From: Candidatus Woesearchaeota archaeon
Lineage (GTDB): Archaea > Nanobdellota > Nanobdellia > Pacearchaeales > GW2011-AR1
Assembly: GCA_964545065.1 (NCBI GenBank)
Contig: CAZJEO010000001.1
Location: forward strand, 53,338 to 117,337
Direction of reading: 5' to 3'
Length of the DNA stretch: 64,000 nucleotides
A model generated the notes under the pieces. It was given only the letters and a program-made list of their open reading frames with translations. It was not told the DNA's origin and did not search any database. The position numbers were made by a program, and so were the translations under genes. Below, one piece after another: positions 61,893-64,000 of this stretch. Numbering within the stretch: position 1 is the stretch's first letter; each line of letters starts with the position of its first letter.

Positions 61893-62353
61893 AAATAGAA
61901 TTTAAAGAAATGAAATTATCTAAGGATGGAATATCTGTTGAAATAAAAGGGAAATCTATGAGTTCATTTTCTTTTGGAAAAGATGTAGATATTAAAATGT
62001 CTATTCTTCAATTGGCTAAAGTGTGGGGAACAGATAGAAGTGTTGGAGATGAACTTGAAAACGGGGAGGGATGGGGTTCAAAAGAATTAGAAGAAAAATG
62101 TGATGAAACAAAGGGTGAAATTAAGAAGTTTCCAAATGTAAAATTCTGGGATAAGGAAATTGAATGTTATGATAATGGTGGCCCACATGAAAGGGAGGAT
62201 ATGATAACAGTTTATGGAGAAGACTTGTCTGGTTGGAATAATGAAGGAATCAGTATCAAGATGAAGAAAGAAGTTTATGAAAAAGAGATTAATGGGAAAA
62301 AATTCAAGGTTATATTAAATCCGATGACAATTACACTAAAAGTTGAAAAATGA
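61889..62353 (+). CDS. hypothetical protein
   Basis: 154-aa ORF, translationally coupled on both sides. Confidence 0.5.
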   Translation: MKIEFKEMKLSKDGISVEIKGKSMSSFSFGKDVDIKMSILQLAKVWGTDRSVGDELENGEGWGSKELEEKCDETKGEIKKFPNVKFWDKEIECYDNGGPHEREDMITVYGEDLSGWNNEGISIKMKKEVYEKEINGKKFKVILNPMTITLKVEK

Positions 62354-63090
62354 AACAAGAAAAAGTTAGCTTTGAAAATAGTGAAGGGAAAAGATTAGCT
62401 GGAATATTGCATATTCCAGAACAGGAAACTAAAAAGATAGTAATAATTGCTCATGGATTTACTATGCATAAAAGAAGAGAACACTATATTGAAATAGCTG
62501 ATAAATTACATGAGAACGATATTGCGTTGCTAAGATTTGATTTTGGAGGAAGTGGTGAAAGTTATGATACTGAGATTGATCTTGATAAACAAGTTGATGA
62601 TTTAAATTCTGCAATAAAATTTGTTAAAGACAGAGGATATAATGAAATTGGGCTTATTGGTGAAAGTCTGGGAGGGTTGGCCTGTCTTAAAGCAAATCTT
62701 CAAGAAGTTAAAACTGCTGTTCTTTTAGCTCCTGGCATTCATTCAAAAGTTCCAACTTATATTAAGAGACATCCTGAAAAAAAAGTAATGCTTGACGAAA
62801 AGGGATTTGTTGAAAAAGAAAAAGATGGAAAAACTTTTATTCTCCCAAAAAAATATTTTGATGATAGGTTAAATGTCAACCAAGAAGAACTTGTTAAGGA
62901 ATTATCTATTCCTGTTCTTATTTTGCATGGAGATAATGATGGGATAGTTCCGTTAGAACACTCTGAGGGTGCAAGAGACAAAAATAAAAATATAAAATTA
63001 GAAATTATTGAAAATGCTGGACATGATGTAGGAGAGGAAAAAGAAGCGCAAATTAAGATTATTAATTGGTTCAAGGAGGAGTTGAAATGA
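62350..63090 (+). CDS. alpha/beta hydrolase
   Basis: HGFT, nucleophile elbow GESLGG, HGDNDGIVP, AGH. Confidence 0.8.
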   Translation: MKQEKVSFENSEGKRLAGILHIPEQETKKIVIIAHGFTMHKRREHYIEIADKLHENDIALLRFDFGGSGESYDTEIDLDKQVDDLNSAIKFVKDRGYNEIGLIGESLGGLACLKANLQEVKTAVLLAPGIHSKVPTYIKRHPEKKVMLDEKGFVEKEKDGKTFILPKKYFDDRLNVNQEELVKELSIPVLILHGDNDGIVPLEHSEGARDKNKNIKLEIIENAGHDVGEEKEAQIKIINWFKEELK

Positions 63091-63794
63091 AACCAAATAA
63101 TAAAGAAATGAAAATTATTGAATCTGCTTTACTTAAAATTTATTTTAAATATAAAAATAAAGGATTATTATCAATTTATTTATGGGGGACTGTATTAACT
63201 AATGATTTTAATCCAGATTCAAGCGATATTGATAGTATAGCAATAGTTAGTAGTAAGGCAAATAAAAAAGATAATAATGAAATTAATAAGTTTCTAAAAG
63301 ATTACTGCCCAGAATATAAGGATTTTAAATTGAACTATCTTTATTTAGATGAATTGGATGGAAAGAGAATAAAAAGTAGACTCGCAAGAGTTATGGATCC
63401 TCGATTATTATTGCTAGATTTTAAAAACTGGAAACATGTATCTGGAAAAAAATATTCGAGAAAAGATTTTAAATTAAAGGAGATAAATTTAGATGAAGCA
63501 ATAAAATTAAATTTGTTTATAGCAAAAAAAAGATTCTTACCTTTATTCAAAAAAGATAATTTTGAACATACCCAATATTTTGTGAAACGTCTTATCAAAA
63601 TTTGTTACCATCTAAATCAAAGAGATTTTGGAAAACATAATTTTAGATATAATGAATTATTAAAGAAATCTCCAAAAGAGAGAAAGAAAGTTGTTAAAAT
63701 TTTATTGGAGATTAAAAAAAGTAAATGGGATGAATCTTTAATGAAAAAGAACTTTTCTTTTTTGAGGAATTTTATTGAAGAGGTTGATATATGA
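63087..63794 (+). CDS. nucleotidyltransferase-domain protein
   Basis: ORF 63066..63794. ATG 63087 is preceded by GGAGGAG and overlaps the upstream stop (ATGA). NTase motif WGTVLTNDFNPDSSDIDSIAIV. Confidence 0.65.
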   Translation: MKPNNKEMKIIESALLKIYFKYKNKGLLSIYLWGTVLTNDFNPDSSDIDSIAIVSSKANKKDNNEINKFLKDYCPEYKDFKLNYLYLDELDGKRIKSRLARVMDPRLLLLDFKNWKHVSGKKYSRKDFKLKEINLDEAIKLNLFIAKKRFLPLFKKDNFEHTQYFVKRLIKICYHLNQRDFGKHNFRYNELLKKSPKERKKVVKILLEIKKSKWDESLMKKNFSFLRNFIEEVDI

Positions 63795-64000
63795 AAACCC
63801 TATACCTAGACAACGCTGCAACAACGCGAGTTGATGATGAAGTCTTGAAAGAAATGATTCCTTATTTTAGTGAGAAGTATGGGAATGCGTCTTCTCAGCA
63901 CATGAAGGGACAGGAAGCAAAGCAGGCAATGGAAAAAGCGAGAAAGATTATTGCAAAGGCTATTGGTGCGCGGGGTCATGAAATTATTTTTACTGCGGGG
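63791..64000 (+). CDS. cysteine desulfurase (NifS/IscS-like), N-terminal part, runs off the window
   Basis: MKTLYLDNAATTRVDDEVLKEMIPYFSEKYGNASSQH...EIIFTAG is a typical class V aminotransferase N-terminus. The ATG overlaps the upstream stop. Confidence 0.8.
   Translation, partial: MKTLYLDNAATTRVDDEVLKEMIPYFSEKYGNASSQHMKGQEAKQAMEKARKIIAKAIGARGHEIIFTAG

Noticed and set aside
1-64000. Search for a prophage, IS element, integrase or transposase, rRNA, or CRISPR-cas that could explain the duplicated gene and tRNA ends.
   Set aside because: No ORF shows recombinase (tyrosine, serine or DDE) motifs that I can recognise. There are no long terminal inverted repeats and no rRNA-like or array-like sequence. 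The duplications therefore remain unexplained within this window.

Overview
The window is a strongly AT-rich archaeal chromosome segment. The gene content and compact layout suggest a DPANN-type lineage (Woese-/Pacearchaeota-like); this is inference, since no database search was possible. Archaeal markers include a group II chaperonin (thermosome), ribosomal proteins L35Ae, L10e, S24e and S27ae, Spt4, RNA polymerase subunit Rpo7/E', an archaeal type IV pilin signal peptide, archaeal TIM and class I FBA, an intron-containing tRNA, and tRNA-Tyr with a C1-G72 pair. A BRE/TATA-like consensus (AAACTTTTAAATA) recurs about 20-25 nt upstream of starts.

I call about 75 CDS and 5 tRNAs (Tyr-GUA, Val-UAC, Gly-GCC with a 75-nt intron, His-GUG, Trp-CCA). 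I found no rRNA, CRISPR array, integrase or transposase. A large block (39-54 kb) encodes glycolysis/gluconeogenesis and glycan enzymes, several of them bacterial-type or fused.

The most unusual signals are nucleotide-level:
1. The tRNA-Gly intron carries a 50-nt two-hairpin module. It recurs, in antisense orientation, inside two minus-strand ORFs (44/50 identity, including a perfect 22-mer).
2. tRNA-Gly and tRNA-Trp are each followed by a GC-rich pseudo-3'-half of themselves. In both, the T loop is split by the same ~30-nt insert.
3. A relic copy of the 3' end of the Dph6-like gene and the intact gene bracket a 93-aa ORF, next to a DUF4238-like gene.
4. A bipartite GC-rich motif (CTCGCTTCGCTCG-N20-22-ARATTCGC) sits upstream of three minus-strand genes. 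Two of these share a near-identical ~85-nt promoter cassette.

Protein-level oddities:
- An unrecognised three-gene operon containing a TIM-barrel protein split by a ~250-aa insertion.
- A GluRS that lacks its anticodon-binding domain.
- A tRNA-His with two acceptor-stem mismatches, directly upstream of hisS.
- Two tightly coupled operons of nucleotidyltransferase, PIN and hydrolase genes.

All functional calls come from motif recognition by eye, so coordinates and products need homology confirmation.
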